The translations under genes and the position numbers were made by a program. From the NCBI RefSeq assembly GCF_006345805.1, contig NC_043019.1, positions 31,495,360-31,559,359 of the forward strand: a stretch of DNA of 64,000 bases. The letters run 5' to 3'. This document shows positions 1-13,004 of this stretch, one piece after another (within the stretch, counting starts at the first letter, position 1; each line of letters opens with the position of its first letter). Origin of the DNA: Octopus sinensis (Eukaryota). The notes below the pieces were generated by a model. The model had not been told where the DNA came from and did no database searches. It saw only the letters and a list, made by a program, of their open reading frames with translations.

Positions 1-189
1 TTTGCCCTGTGTGTTAACGATTTTGCCAGCTTGCTGCAGTACAAGGTCTGAAATGAGGGGGGGGGGGTAGTCAATTAGATCAACTGGTACTTATTTTATG
101 AACCCCAAAAGAATGAAAGGCAAAGTCAACCTTGGCAGAATTTGAGTAATAATAAGGGTAATAATTATAACAAGCATAATATAATATTT

Positions 190-239
<50 letters not shown>

Positions 240-897
240 TATGTTCATGTCAATATGTGTATATATTTATGTATATGTGTGATTATATATTTATTTATTT
301 ATATGCGTCAATTACTACAACTTGGTTTTAAACAATGCCATCACATGATTGTTCTCTTAATCACAAGCAGCACAAATGTGACTTTTCAATTCTGCGACAC
401 ACCTACACTCTTTTGCACCAGCATAGCAACAACGGGCACCTCTTGCAGCAGGTGTTCAGATAGCTGACCACCTACACTAACACATGCCTTCATTCTGTCA
501 TGTAATTGTTCATTGAGTGTTTTACCTTTCTCAGCTACAGCCAACCACTGTAAGCAACATGTAATAGAAATGGTAAAATGAAGAAAAGTGTCGCAGAGGG
601 TCAATTCCCCTCTTAAAACAATGTACACGTTTGCCCATAAAAGAAGAATTGCCTCTATCTCTATCCTTGGATGCAAATGAGATCACAGAGGTTATGTCAG
701 AAGTTTCCTTCTAGAGATGATGTCTACACAAAGATTAGGGGTCTCTCTCATTCACAGCTGTCGTATGGTCATTGATTCTATTGAGTTCATTTTGTCATCT
801 TGCAGAGTGTTCATCAAACAGGTGTGTTTGGGTTGATGGTTTAGCTGCCAATGGCAATTGCTCTGAGTTATATGTTAGCAGTATCACTTAGAGTGTC

Positions 898-935
<38 letters not shown>

Positions 936-1099
936 TGTTCCTGATGATTCTCCAAAATGAAATGAAAGCCCTAACTAAATACTTATTCAAAATTCTGACT
1001 ACTTCCTTTTTCTTAGCATATAAAGCCCATACACCTCTTCAGACAATCTACGTACACACATATACATGAATATACATAATTGTATGTAAGTATGTATAT

Positions 1100-2210
1100 T
1101 GTTGCGAGGGGGAACCTCCGTCGAACGAACGAAGGCTGTTACGGAATCCCTCACACAGGCCCGTTCGATGCAGCGAATGTTTTCGCCACGGAAACTCGGA
1201 GAGGAGAGAGAGAGAGAGAGACGACTACAACAGCAGCAGCAGCACAGAGGAGACACAGAGGCAATCGAGAGAGACACAGGGAGGCAAGGCAATTGGCTAC
1301 GTTAACAACTAGTTTATGACAATCAATTGTTACAACATCAAATACATATCAGATACATTTAAAAGAGGACATGCAAGTAACAACTCAATACATCATACAG
1401 GTATACCACAGATTAAAGCATTTGAACATGCAGATACAATATAACAGTCCGGTAACAACACATCAAGTTCAATAACAACAGCATTTCAAGAGTACACGTC
1501 CGGAGACACAGTTCTGTTTCAAAGCACATTAAAGGCATATACAATATTCATTGCACAGTTCTCTTTTTAACAACTCTGTACACAATGTCTTTACACATTT
1601 CAATACATCGATTCTTTTCACTGTCTCATTTCTTTAGCACTGTTCTTTTCATTAATATAATGTCTTTATACATTTCTTTTACATTAATACCACAACTCTT
1701 TCCTTCTTTTTCTTCACATATCAATACAACAGTTCACGTTACAATTCACAACACGTACCGTACATTAGCCAATGTCTCATATTGTAGTTCCTCTCTATCG
1801 GCCGCCTATTCCTCTGTATATATCTCTCTCTGTCCCAATACTCCAAGGCCGCCGACTGCTTGCCCTGAGTTCCAAATACCGACTGTCCAAAACCTCTTGC
1901 TCTGTCACTGCCCTCAATCCCTCTCTTAGCTCTAATGCTCTCTCTATCCCCACTCAGATTCCTTAATCTGTCTTCCTCACTACTTTCTTCTTCCTCTTCT
2001 TCACTGTCTCTCACACACTGAACTGCTTACTTAAGGGGGCAGCCCTCACATCTCTCTGACCCCTTCTCGACCAGCACAAGGCCAAAGGTCCTTCCAAAGG
2101 CCATTACTCTTCCCAAAACAAAGGGCTATAACTTTTTATTCCAGACTTCCAGACTCCACTCCCAACAAGGTAGGTCAAGAAATACTGCACCAGCCGAACC
2201 ATTCACAACA
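1100..2210. mobile_element. Solo-LTR-like insertion (~1.1 kb)
   Basis: Termini TGTTGCGA...TTCACAACA (short TG...CA inverted ends), ATAT on both flanks, CpG-richer than the surroundings, no coding capacity. Confidence 0.55.
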
Positions 2211-2249
2211 ATATACATAATTGTATGTATGTATGTAAGTATGTATGTA

Positions 2250-3270
2250 TGTGTGTGTGTGTGCGTGTGTGTGTGTGTATGTATGTATGTATGTATGTAT
2301 GCATGTATGTATATTTATATGTATGTATGCCTTGCTTGCAATTGAAATGAGACCCAACAAAGACTCAAACTAAACTTATTCTCTCTTCATGTATCATTGC
2401 CTGTTTTACAAGACTGGTAATTATGGACCTCAATGAAAAAGCCTGAAAATTCGTGAATTTTCTTGGGAAAGATACATCATTAGGCACCTGTTGCCTTCTC
2501 TTGGTTTATTCATTGATTACTCTACTAGTCTCCTGAGACACAGAGTCTTAAGGCAAGATTGATTCATGTAACTTCTAAATAAGTCCGTATATTGTCAGTC
2601 GGACTCTGTGAATTGTTGAAATTACATCAGTACAACCAAGAAATCAAAGTGCATGGTAACAATGAATAGAGATAAAAGGTGAAATCAAAAACACACACTA
2701 CATAAGCAGGATATATTCATCCTCAGCTGTCAGATCAGATGTCTTCATGGTTTTGACACCAAAGCAAATAATCACTCCGTCAGAAGGTGTCAACTCTTTA
2801 AAATGCAGTTTTAAAGTTACTTTAGAATGCACAATCAGAACTCACACATAAGATAAAAAGAATAAAAAAAGTTAAGAAGAATTTTAAAAAACTTGAAAAA
2901 CATAAAACTATGATTATAAAAAATTCAAAACAAAAAATATGAAAGAATGACATAAAATATATACACCATACCACAATGAAAGACACAGACCTGTGAAAAC
3001 TCTTAAGTGCAGAATACCAGAGTACCAGAAACTTAAGCCACTCACAGAGCAGGATGACCAATATCAAAAAGAAAGAAAAAAAGAAGAAAAGCAGTGTAAA
3101 TGATGAACAGAGGAGTGGCTGTGTGGTAAGCAGCTTGCTTACCAACCACATGGTTCTGGGTTCAGTCCCATTGCGTGACACCTTGGGCAAGTGTCTTCTA
3201 CTATAGCCTCGGGTTGACCAAAGCCTTGTGAGTGGATTTGGTAGACGGAAACTGAAAGAAGCCCGTCGTA

Positions 3271-3314
<44 letters not shown>

Positions 3315-3315
3315 C

Positions 3316-3347
<32 letters not shown>

Positions 3348-4328
3348 ATGTATGCATGTATGTATATTTATATGTATGTATGCCTTGCTTGCAATTGAAA
3401 TGAGACCCAACAAAGACTCAAACTAAACTTATTCTCTCTTCATGTATCATTGCCTGTTTTACAAGACTGGTAATTATGGACCTCAATGAAAAAGCCTGAA
3501 AATTCGTGAATTTTCTTGGGAAAGATACATCATTAGGCACCTGTTGCCTTCTCTTGGTTTATTCATTGATTACTCTACTAGTCTCCTGAGACACAGAGTC
3601 TTAAGGCAAGATTGATTCATGTAACTTCTAAATAAGTCCGTATATTGTCAGTCGGACTCTGTGAATTGTTGAAATTACATCAGTACAACCAAGAAATCAA
3701 AGTGCATGGTAACAATGAATAGAGATAAAAGGTGAAATCAAAAACACACACTACATAAGCAGGATATATTCATCCTCAGCTGTCAGATCAGATGTCTTCA
3801 TGGTTTTGACACCAAAGCAAATAATCACTCCGTCAGAAGGTGTCAACTCTTTAAAATGCAGTTTTAAAGTTACTTTAGAATGCACAATCAGAACTCACAC
3901 ATAAGATAAAAAGAATAAAAAAAGTTAAGAAGAATTTTAAAAAACTTGAAAAACATAAAACTATGATTATAAAAAATTCAAAACAAAAAATATGAAAGAA
4001 TGACATAAAATATATACACCATACCACAATGAAAGACACAGACCTGTGAAAACTCTTAAGTGCAGAATACCAGAGTACCGGAAACTTAAGCCACTCACAG
4101 AGCAGGATGACCAATATCAAAAAGAAAGAAAAAAAGAAGAAAAGCAGTGTAAATGATGAACAGAGGAGTGGAGTGGCTGTGTGGTAAGCAGCTTGCTTAC
4201 CAACCACATGGTTCTGGGTTCAGTCCCATTGCGTGACACCTTGGGCAAGTGTCTTCTACTATAGCCTCGGGTTGACCAAAGCCTTGTGAGTGGATTTGGT
4301 AGACGGAAACTGAAAGAAGCCCGTCGTA

Positions 4329-4355
<27 letters not shown>
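2250..4355. repeat. Direct tandem duplication, period ~1053 bp
   Basis: attgaaatgagacccaac occurs at 2341 and 3394. The units are near-identical; I saw only accagaa/accggaa and a 5-nt ggagt indel outside the microsatellites. Confidence 0.95.
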
Positions 4356-4375
<20 letters not shown>

Positions 4376-4590
4376 ATGTGTATGTGTGTTTCTGTGTCTG
4401 TGTTTGTCCCTACAACCATTGCTTGACAACCGATGCTGGTGTGTTTATGTCCCTGTAACTTAGCGGTTCGGCAAAAGAGACCGATAGAATAAGTACTGAG
4501 CTTACAAAGAATAAGTCCTGGGGTCGATTTGCTCAACTAAAGGCAGTGCTCCAGCATGGCCACAGTCAAATGACCGAAACAATTAAAAGC
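4164..4590 (+). mobile_element. tRNA-derived SINE, family A (octopus OK/OR-like), full length
   Basis: A-box TGGCTGTGTGGT, B-box-like GGTTCAGTCCC, internal (TA)n/(TG)n and tail ...ccagcatggcc.cagtcaaatgactgaaac. Further copies at ~3111-3330(+), 6276-6670(+), 7440-7615(-), 10195-10465(+), 11680-11980(-), 14741-14880(+), 16222-16470(-), 22634-23030(-), 24228-24385(-), 41302-41710(-), 53397-53797(-), 61765-62245(+) and 62905-63303(-). Confidence 0.9.
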
Positions 4591-4783
4591 GTACAAGAGA
4601 GAGAGTGCATGTAAGCCAAAGAGAATGAGAGAAAAAAGTTGTAATAGAAAGAAAGAAAATTGTCAACAATGATATTAAAACATAAAATTCACAATGTGAG
4701 TCATGTCTTTATAATATTTATCAAGTAAACTTTAAGGCAAACACAAACATGGAAACTTGCCCCAAGATTTCTCCAATGTACCT

Positions 4784-5810
4784 TTAATCCCCTTACTGTG
4801 GAAATCAGATATGTCCACTTAAAATTTCATCATCCTTAACTGTGGAAAGCAGTCTTATATACCAATTTGTCTTTTATTGAGGAATGTCAAATTTGAAACT
4901 GTTTTTGTGTTGAGATATGTCAAGTTTATTGAAGCAGTGGGACTTCCAGAAAATAACAATTCTAATTTTTGATAGATATTCAACATCATTACTGGAGTAA
5001 AAGTGAAATTTAATTTAGTAATGAATGGATTAAAGGACCTTGTCAAACCTGTGATCAAAGACAATCCAATCACCACTGTTCTACTTATTTTCCAGACACA
5101 CTGGATCCAGAACCACATTATCCAATGTCCCCTACTTTTATTTTAAGTCAATTAATCAGGAAATCAGATATATCTGTAACAGGATCTGGTATCGGTATCA
5201 CTGAAAGGGTGTCGATCCAATCCCGTCACATACAATTTAGTAAGATATAACAAACGAAGTCAGGTTATCGGTGAAAGACAGCAGTTCTTTTATTAATTGC
5301 GATGGTGTATGTATATCTGATGGGAAAACGACAGCCGAATCTGTTGTACAGCTTCTTGTTCGTTGGTTGAAGTGGTTCGATGTTGTCTGCAGCTAAGTCG
5401 GTGTGGTTATCAGAGACTACCAATGCACGTCTGTTCACGATGGTTGAACGGCCAGAGAGGATGATCGAGTTTAGCGGGCCTTAGGGATCGTTTCCCGCAC
5501 ATGCGCATGGGGAAGACTTCCGGTGGCCACCCGGAAGTAGTCCCATTCTGCGCATGCGCGCTGAACCCTACACAGAAGCATCACTACATATCCAATCAAC
5601 ATTCCATTACTCTTAACTACAGAGAGCAGTTTAATACACCAATTTATTCTTTTGTTGAGGAATGTCATGTTTGAAACTATTTTCTAAGATATGGCAAATT
5701 TATTGATGCAATGTGACTTGCAGAAAATACCAGTTCTATTTTTTGGTAGATATTTAACATCATGACTGGAATAACCAAGGAATTTACTGTAGCAGTTAAA
5801 GGGTTAACTA
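4784..5810. mobile_element. Two tandem ~250-bp TTAA-ended MITE-like units plus spacer; the second unit is interrupted by a solo LTR
   Basis: Ends resemble TTAACCCTTTAACTG (e.g. gcagttaaagggttaa at ~5795-5810). The whole block is homologous in reverse orientation to 13005-13610. Confidence 0.55.
5175..5588 (-). mobile_element. Solo LTR (414 bp), Ty3/Gypsy-like
   Basis: TGTAAC...ACTACA termini, perfect 4-bp TSD TATC (5171-5174 / 5589-5592) and a minus-strand AATAAA. Removing it restores the host repeat seen at 4801-4890. Confidence 0.85.
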
Positions 5811-6275
5811 TACTTATATAGGAGAAATGATATTGTTAAAAATTTAAAAAAAACTATATCTCCACCCCCAACTCCATATTCTTTTCCATAAAATCCATTT
5901 ATTTTCCATCTCTGCCAAACTTCAATTCACGATTCAATTGCAAGCTTGAAATAACACCATACTTCTTCATCATACCACTAAAGCATATCTAAGCAACAAT
6001 TAAAGTAGTTAATTATCAATTTACTATTCTGCCCTTGTCTAATTATTCACTCCAGCTGATAATTCACTTCGTCTATAAATATATAATTTTTTTTCTTTTG
6101 TACTTTATTACATGACTGGTAAAAATACTGCTTCTTAAACTATACTGGAATACAGTTGAATATATAAGGTGACATTTCCACTTTAAATTTAAAGTCATTA
6201 GTTTTATTATAAGCATTAATTATTGACTAATGCTGTTCTGTATTATCATCATCATCGTTGTATGCTTTTACAAGT

Positions 6276-6670
6276 GCAGGAGTGGCTGTGTGGTAAGTAG
6301 CTTGCTTACCAACCACATGGTTCCGGGTTCAGTCCCACTGCATGGCACCTTGGGCAAGTGTCTTCTACTATAGCCTTGGGCCGACCAAAGCCTTGTGAGT
6401 GAATTTGGTAGACAGAAACTGAAAGAAGCCCATCTTATATATGTATATATATATGTGTGTGTGTGTTTGTGTGTCTGTATTTGTTCCCTCAACATTGCTT
6501 GACAACCGATGCTGGTGTGTTTATGTCCCCGTAACTTAGTGGTTCGGCAAAAAAGACCAATAGAATAAGTACTAGGCTTACAAAGAATAAGTCCTGGGGT
6601 CGATTTGCTCGACTAAAGGTGATGCTCCAGCATGGCCACAGTCTAATGACTGAAACAAGTAAAAGAGAGT
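6276..6670 (+). mobile_element. SINE family A, full-length copy
   Basis: Same head, internal microsatellite and tail as 4164-4590. Confidence 0.9.
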
Positions 6671-7249
6671 GTATTGAAAGCCACTACAGTGAAAGTTTTG
6701 ATTAAGCACAAGTTCTCTCATTGAGTTCTCTCATAGCGTTACGTCATTCTGACTTTCTCATAGTATTTTCTTGACAGAGATATTGAGGAGGTTTGCCATT
6801 GCCTTCTCCAACTAGATGACCATTAGTCCAACAAGAACTCATCCATCCTTTGAGGGGTCTTTTTGTTTTAGTTTGCTGGCTGTCCAGATACTCGCATCAC
6901 AAGAGTTACAAACTACTCAAGTGGGGGAGCTGGTTTAGTCACTGACCGCTTGACCATTGAACAGGTAGTACTGGTTTACATGGTGTCAGTACAAGGTCAC
7001 ATCAGTCTGTGATGGGATTCCTGACCTGACAAGGTCTCTAAATAATTCCTTATTTATTCATTATAGCCACTTCTGTTTGCTTCTAAACACTAGGCTAAAT
7101 TTACAACATCTCTTCATGCCCTATGCTTGTCTCACCCCAAAACTGCTCCTTCGGCCCAATGCCAGTTTGTCATCTCTCTCCCCTGTTCTGCCTGTACCAA
7201 TTGCATCATTGCTATCCTGCCATTCCGCTATATACCGGTACTCACCACT

Positions 7250-7319
7250 CATTGCAATCTATCTATCAGTCTATTTATCAATCTACCTACCTACCTCTGT
7301 CTGTCTACCTACATATATA

Positions 7320-7396
<77 letters not shown>

Positions 7397-7420
7397 TTAT
7401 CTATCTATCTACCTATATAT
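7250..7420. repeat. (TCTA)n microsatellite
   Basis: Long ctat/ctac/ctgt tetranucleotide run; it explains ORF-track entries 7077-7660. Confidence 0.95.
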
Positions 7421-8769
7421 ATATACCCGTATATAGGCATACATGTTTGTAGTGGGCTTCTTGCAGTTTCTGTCCACCAGATCCTGTTACAAAACTTTGT
7501 TTGGCCCAGAGCTGCGGTAGAAGACACTTGCCTAAAGTACCACACAGTGGGACTGAACCCAGAGCCACATGGTTCAGAAGCAAACTTCTTACCTCATAGC
7601 CACACCAGCACCTACAAACTTTTGAACAACCATTCAATGCAGCATTTATTAAGTCTGTAACCTGTCTCTTTTTACTATGTCTTGTACCAGCTATAAATTT
7701 CCTTGTATATGGTAGTTTGTGCAATTTCAGAATCCAAGACAATTTAGGAATGCATCTGTTCTTCTCTCTTATGCTTAAACTACTTAACTTCCTCTGGCTT
7801 TAAGTATTAACTTATCGATCAGTGTATTAATATCTTCTGAAACCCTTCTATTCATCATACAACCACTGAAGCCATAATTGCTAACCATTCCTAACTTTTT
7901 AGCTAGCCGCACCTAATAGTATACACACATACATACTTACATGTATGCACAACACACACACATGTATATATAATTATGCATACACACCTGCACACTGATA
8001 TACACATATATACATAACAACCAACTGTCAGGTTTTTGACCAACTCTCTCTCTTTCCGTCTCTGTCCCACTTTTTCTCTCTATTCCTTCTTCTGCATGCA
8101 CACATACATAACATAAACACATACATTTGTACACATATACAACATACATATTTGACGGTAGTCTTGAAAGTCTGAGAATGACCATTCTGAAATTTCTTGC
8201 CAAACAACCTGCACTGGTGATTTCTTTATAAAGATCGAATGTCTGTGCTGTACTTAAGCTTGTTCCCTCCATTAAATCAACATTAGCTGGGGAGGTGGAT
8301 GGTGTGTTGTGCATTTGTGGTTGAAGTGGTTGCAGAGCAATATGAGATGGAGTGTTTTTGATCAAGAACTCGGTGCTACCTGGTCTCAGAACCAAACCCA
8401 TGATCTTGCACTCAGGGGGAATGTTTTTGAGAATAATACTGTTAAATCAGGCTGGAAGAAATTGACAAGTGTTGATATAGAAAGTATACAGACTACAGCA
8501 GAATAAGAGAGTCTACTTTGGTTAACACTCTAAAAACCAGAGTGTTAACCAGGATTCTAGCAGGGTAAATAATACATTTGCAACACTGCCTCAGAATTTG
8601 AGAAATTTGTATTGAGACAATGTTATTTCTATACACATGAGCACATACATGCACACACACACACACACACAAATATATGTCAAGATGCATGGCTTATCAG
8701 TTAGGGTATTTGGCTCATGGACTTAAAGTTGTGAGTTCGATTCCTGGTGGCACATAAAAAAGAATATAT

Positions 8770-8807
<38 letters not shown>

Positions 8808-8957
8808 ACAGACACTCATCATGCACACACACATGCGTGTGTGTGCATGATGAGTGTTCTGAAAGTTTTGAGCTTGACTATGAAATAAAAAAAGAAACAA
8901 ATGTATTCTTTTCTAGCTATTATGATATATGTATGTATGTATACATATTTATGTATG

Positions 8958-8989
<32 letters not shown>

Positions 8990-9041
8990 TGTATATGTAT
9001 GTATGGGTGTGTATGTATGTATGTATGTATGTATATATGTT

Positions 9042-9073
<32 letters not shown>

Positions 9074-10057
9074 TGTATGTATGTATGTATGTATATGTGC
9101 ATTCGTATGTTTGTATTAATATTTGTTGTTAAGAAATATCTCTGGTGTTTCACCATATTGTGTCCAAACTTAGAATGCACCAATTGACAGTCCGCCCCAT
9201 AATTCATCCTATTATTATTTGGTGAATATTGGCAAAGAAATAGCTCGCAGATACCTCTGCTATAATTTCCTTTTATTAGAATGTCCACTTTAAAAGTTTA
9301 CAGAATTTAATGCTATTAATACACAACTTGGCTATGAATCTTTAGTTCCAAGAGTTTTCCTTTCTCCTTGTATTTGCCAGGATTATAATTCTGAAGCACA
9401 TGAGATATATATCTCTTGTTAATAGATACATGAATATAATTGGGAACTCAGAGTGGTTATTCATGTATCTGCTTATTGTTACCACCACAATATGTCAGTA
9501 CGCCATTTATTTGGCTGTAATGGTATGAAATGAGTTGACTGAAATGGTTAAAAACCTCTCATTTATAACACTTTCTTTATATTCTTATTTTAATATAAAA
9601 TGATGGAAAAAAAAAAATTTTATTGTGCTTTATGTTTGTTTTTATACTTACACGAACTTAATAGCTGTTAAATAAAGGTCTGTATGGAAAAAATAGATAT
9701 TATAGCCAAGAATATAAGTAGCTACTTCTACTGATAGACACACACACACACACACAACGATACACATATACATATATGTGTGTGTGTGTGTGTATATATA
9801 TACATATATATCTATGTTCTGAGTTCAAATTACGCTGAGGTCGTCTTTGCTTTTCATCCTTTTGTGGGGGTCAATAAATTAAGTACCAGTTGCATACTGG
9901 GGTCGATCTAATCGACTGGCCCCCCCTCTCCCAGACTTCCGGGCCTTGTGCCTAAAGTGGAAAAGTATATATACATATCTACATGAATATAAATATGTAT
10001 ATATCTGAATATGTATATGTATGAATGTATATATGTATGCATATATGTATGTGAGTG

Positions 10058-10141
<84 letters not shown>

Positions 10142-13004
10142 TGTGTATATTTATATATATATACATATATATGTGTGTGTGTGTATATATATATGTGTGG
10201 CTGTGTAGTAAGAAGCTTGCTTACTTTCCACATGGTTCTAGGTTCCATCCCACTGTGTGGCGCTTTGGGCAAGTGTCTTTTACTATAGCCTTGAGCTGAC
10301 CAAAGCCTTGTGAATGGATCTGGTGGATAGAAACTGAAAGAAGCCCATTGTATTTATATATGAATATATTTCTGTGTGTATGTTTATGTTTTTGTCCACC
10401 ATCACTTAGAAACTGATGTTGGTGTGTTTACATCCCCATAACTTAGCAGTTTGGCAAAAGTGACCAACTCATTTCAAATGTTACAAACCTACCTTTATAC
10501 CTCAGACATAGACACAAGCGTGGCTGTGTGGTTAAGAAGCTTACTTCCCAACCACATGGTTTTGGGTTCAGTCCCACTGTATAGAACCTTGTATAACCCC
10601 AAGCTGAGCACATATTTGTGAGTGGATTTGGTAGATGGATGCTAAAAGACATTCAATGTGTGTGTGTGTATGTTTGCGTGTGTGTGTGTGTGTGATATTA
10701 CTGGATAGTTGTAAGTGTCATTGTGATGCAGGTGGTATCCTTTATGTGAAAATACAACTGATCTTGGGAAAATGTTAACTTCCTTGGAAACAGGTGAAGG
10801 TTGGCAACAAGAAGAACATCCAGCCATAGAAAATCTACCTTGAGACATTCCATTTAACCCATGTGGTCATGGAAAAATTAACATTAAAATGACAATGATG
10901 GCTCTATCATGGACTATATTTTTCTAAGACAGTTAGATGGGAACTGATGGAAATTTGAGTGCTATTTCTAGCAAAACAAGTGTTAGCATAAAAATTCCAT
11001 TCCATCATTGTCTCAGAGTAAATACCATGTATATGGAACGGCTGTAATTCCAAAAGAGATTTTTAGAGAGTAACACAGCATTGCTTCCATCTCAGTAGGT
11101 ATCATACCATACCATAGTAAATAACAGTAGCAACCATTGCCAGGCAATTTCCTGTATTTGTGTGATACGAGAAGAAAACACTTTTTCTATAGAACAAATG
11201 AAATATTCAGACTGATACTTTAAAGTATTGGAACCAGATTTAGCCTTGGGATATAAATAAGCATTTCAGTTTGATGTACAAAATTTATTTGAGCCACTCC
11301 AAGCTATGGACGGCACTTGACTACATTTATATAGTGCACCGCAACGTTCCATACTGCATCATCATACTTTGTCGCATTCTATCAAAAGCAGATGCATATA
11401 AAGAAAAATTACATTATCCTCGGGCTGTAGTTTGGTTCATGCAGAAGAATTCAAGATCCAAAGTAACTTGTAATGGTTTGTGTTGGCAAGAGATTGTCAA
11501 CTGAAGAAATTTTTTAAAATTCTGTTGCAGTAAAGAAAGAATGAAGAATTTAACAATTTGGGTCCTTGTATTGCCTTTATCTCAGAATGAGAAGAAGATA
11601 GAGAGAATGGTATGTAGATTAGGTTGTAGATGAATGAAATGGCTGAGATAGTTAACAACATGTGTGTATTTTTTTTAATTCTTTTTTACTCATTTCAGTC
11701 AGTTGACTATGGCCATGTTGGAACACTGCCCTAAAGGGTTTTAGCCAAATAAATCAGCCCCAGCATTTATTCTTTATAAGTCTAGTACTTATTCTATCGG
11801 TCTCTTATAGTAAGGACAAACACAGGCACAAAAATACATCAGTTTCCATCTACCAAATCCACTCACAAGGCTTTGGTCGGCCCAAGATTATAGTAGAAGA
11901 CACTTGCCCAATGTCCCACACGGTAAGACTGAACCCAGAACCATGTGGTTGGGAAGCAAGCTTCTCACCACACAGCCAGACCTACCAGTAAAATGATTGA
12001 GATAGTTAACAGTATCTCTGTGTATGTTCACCTGTAGATTGGCTGAGATAGCTAACAGCATCTGTGTATGATCACCTGTAAAATGGTTAACTTAGTTAAC
12101 AAGATCTGTGTGAGTTCATCAATTAAAATAGTTCAAATAGTTAACATGCGTTCACAGGTAAAATGGCTAAGATAGCTAACATCAGCATGTGTTTACCAGT
12201 AAAATAGCTGAACTAGTTAGAAACATCTCTGTCAGCAATTCAATTTTTTAGCAGATATTTAACTCCATTACTGAAATAACCACGAAATTTTAATTTCGAA
12301 AGATTATAGACCACCTAATTAAAGAATTATTTTCAACAGAATAGGAAGAAGTGAGTGTTGCTGTTGTTAATGTTTAGCTCCCGGTCATCTCTGATTAAGT
12401 AAATGTATGATCAAAGGAGCTGAAGCTGTCCATTCCCATCAATTTTGTATAGCAAAATGGTGGTGAGCTGGCAGAAATGTTAGCGCGCTGGGTGAAATGC
12501 TTAGCTCTATTTCGTCTGTCTTTATGTTCTGAGTTCAAATTCCGACAAGGTCGACTTTGCCTTTCATTCTTTCAGCATCGATAAATTAAGTACCAGTTGC
12601 ATACCAGAGTCAATTTAATCGACTGCCCCACCCCTGCCTTGTGCTTAGAGTAGTAAAGAATTTTGAACAGCAAAAACTTAATTACTGAACACACTGTTTC
12701 TTTTTGTTTTAAAGAGAGTTGTGTGTGATTTTGAAGGGGGATTTGGCTGTTATTTCTAGCAGGTAAAACAACTGTACAGAATCTTGCACTTTGACTGGCT
12801 CATGAAGAAACACTGATGTCATCAACTAACTCATCCATTTCAGTGATGAACACAGACAGAGATACTGTTAACTATCTCAGCTATATAAACTGGTGAACAC
12901 ACACTGAAGTTGTTAACTACCTCAGCCACTAACAACAACAACAACAATCACTTCTTTCTGTTCTGTTGGAAAATTCTTTAATTAGGTGGACTGTAATCTT
13001 TTAA

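Noticed and set aside
386-676. 96-aa minus-strand ORF as a host gene
   Set aside because: No recognisable domain or splice pattern; neighbouring frames have stops. Possibly an old LINE relic, but unsupported.
851-1069. Otoferlin first coding exon (MAIALSY...)
   Set aside because: No similarity to the expected MAL...RIAKVTFR-G segment and no phase-1 donor; it runs into (CA)n. Exon 1 was not found in the window.
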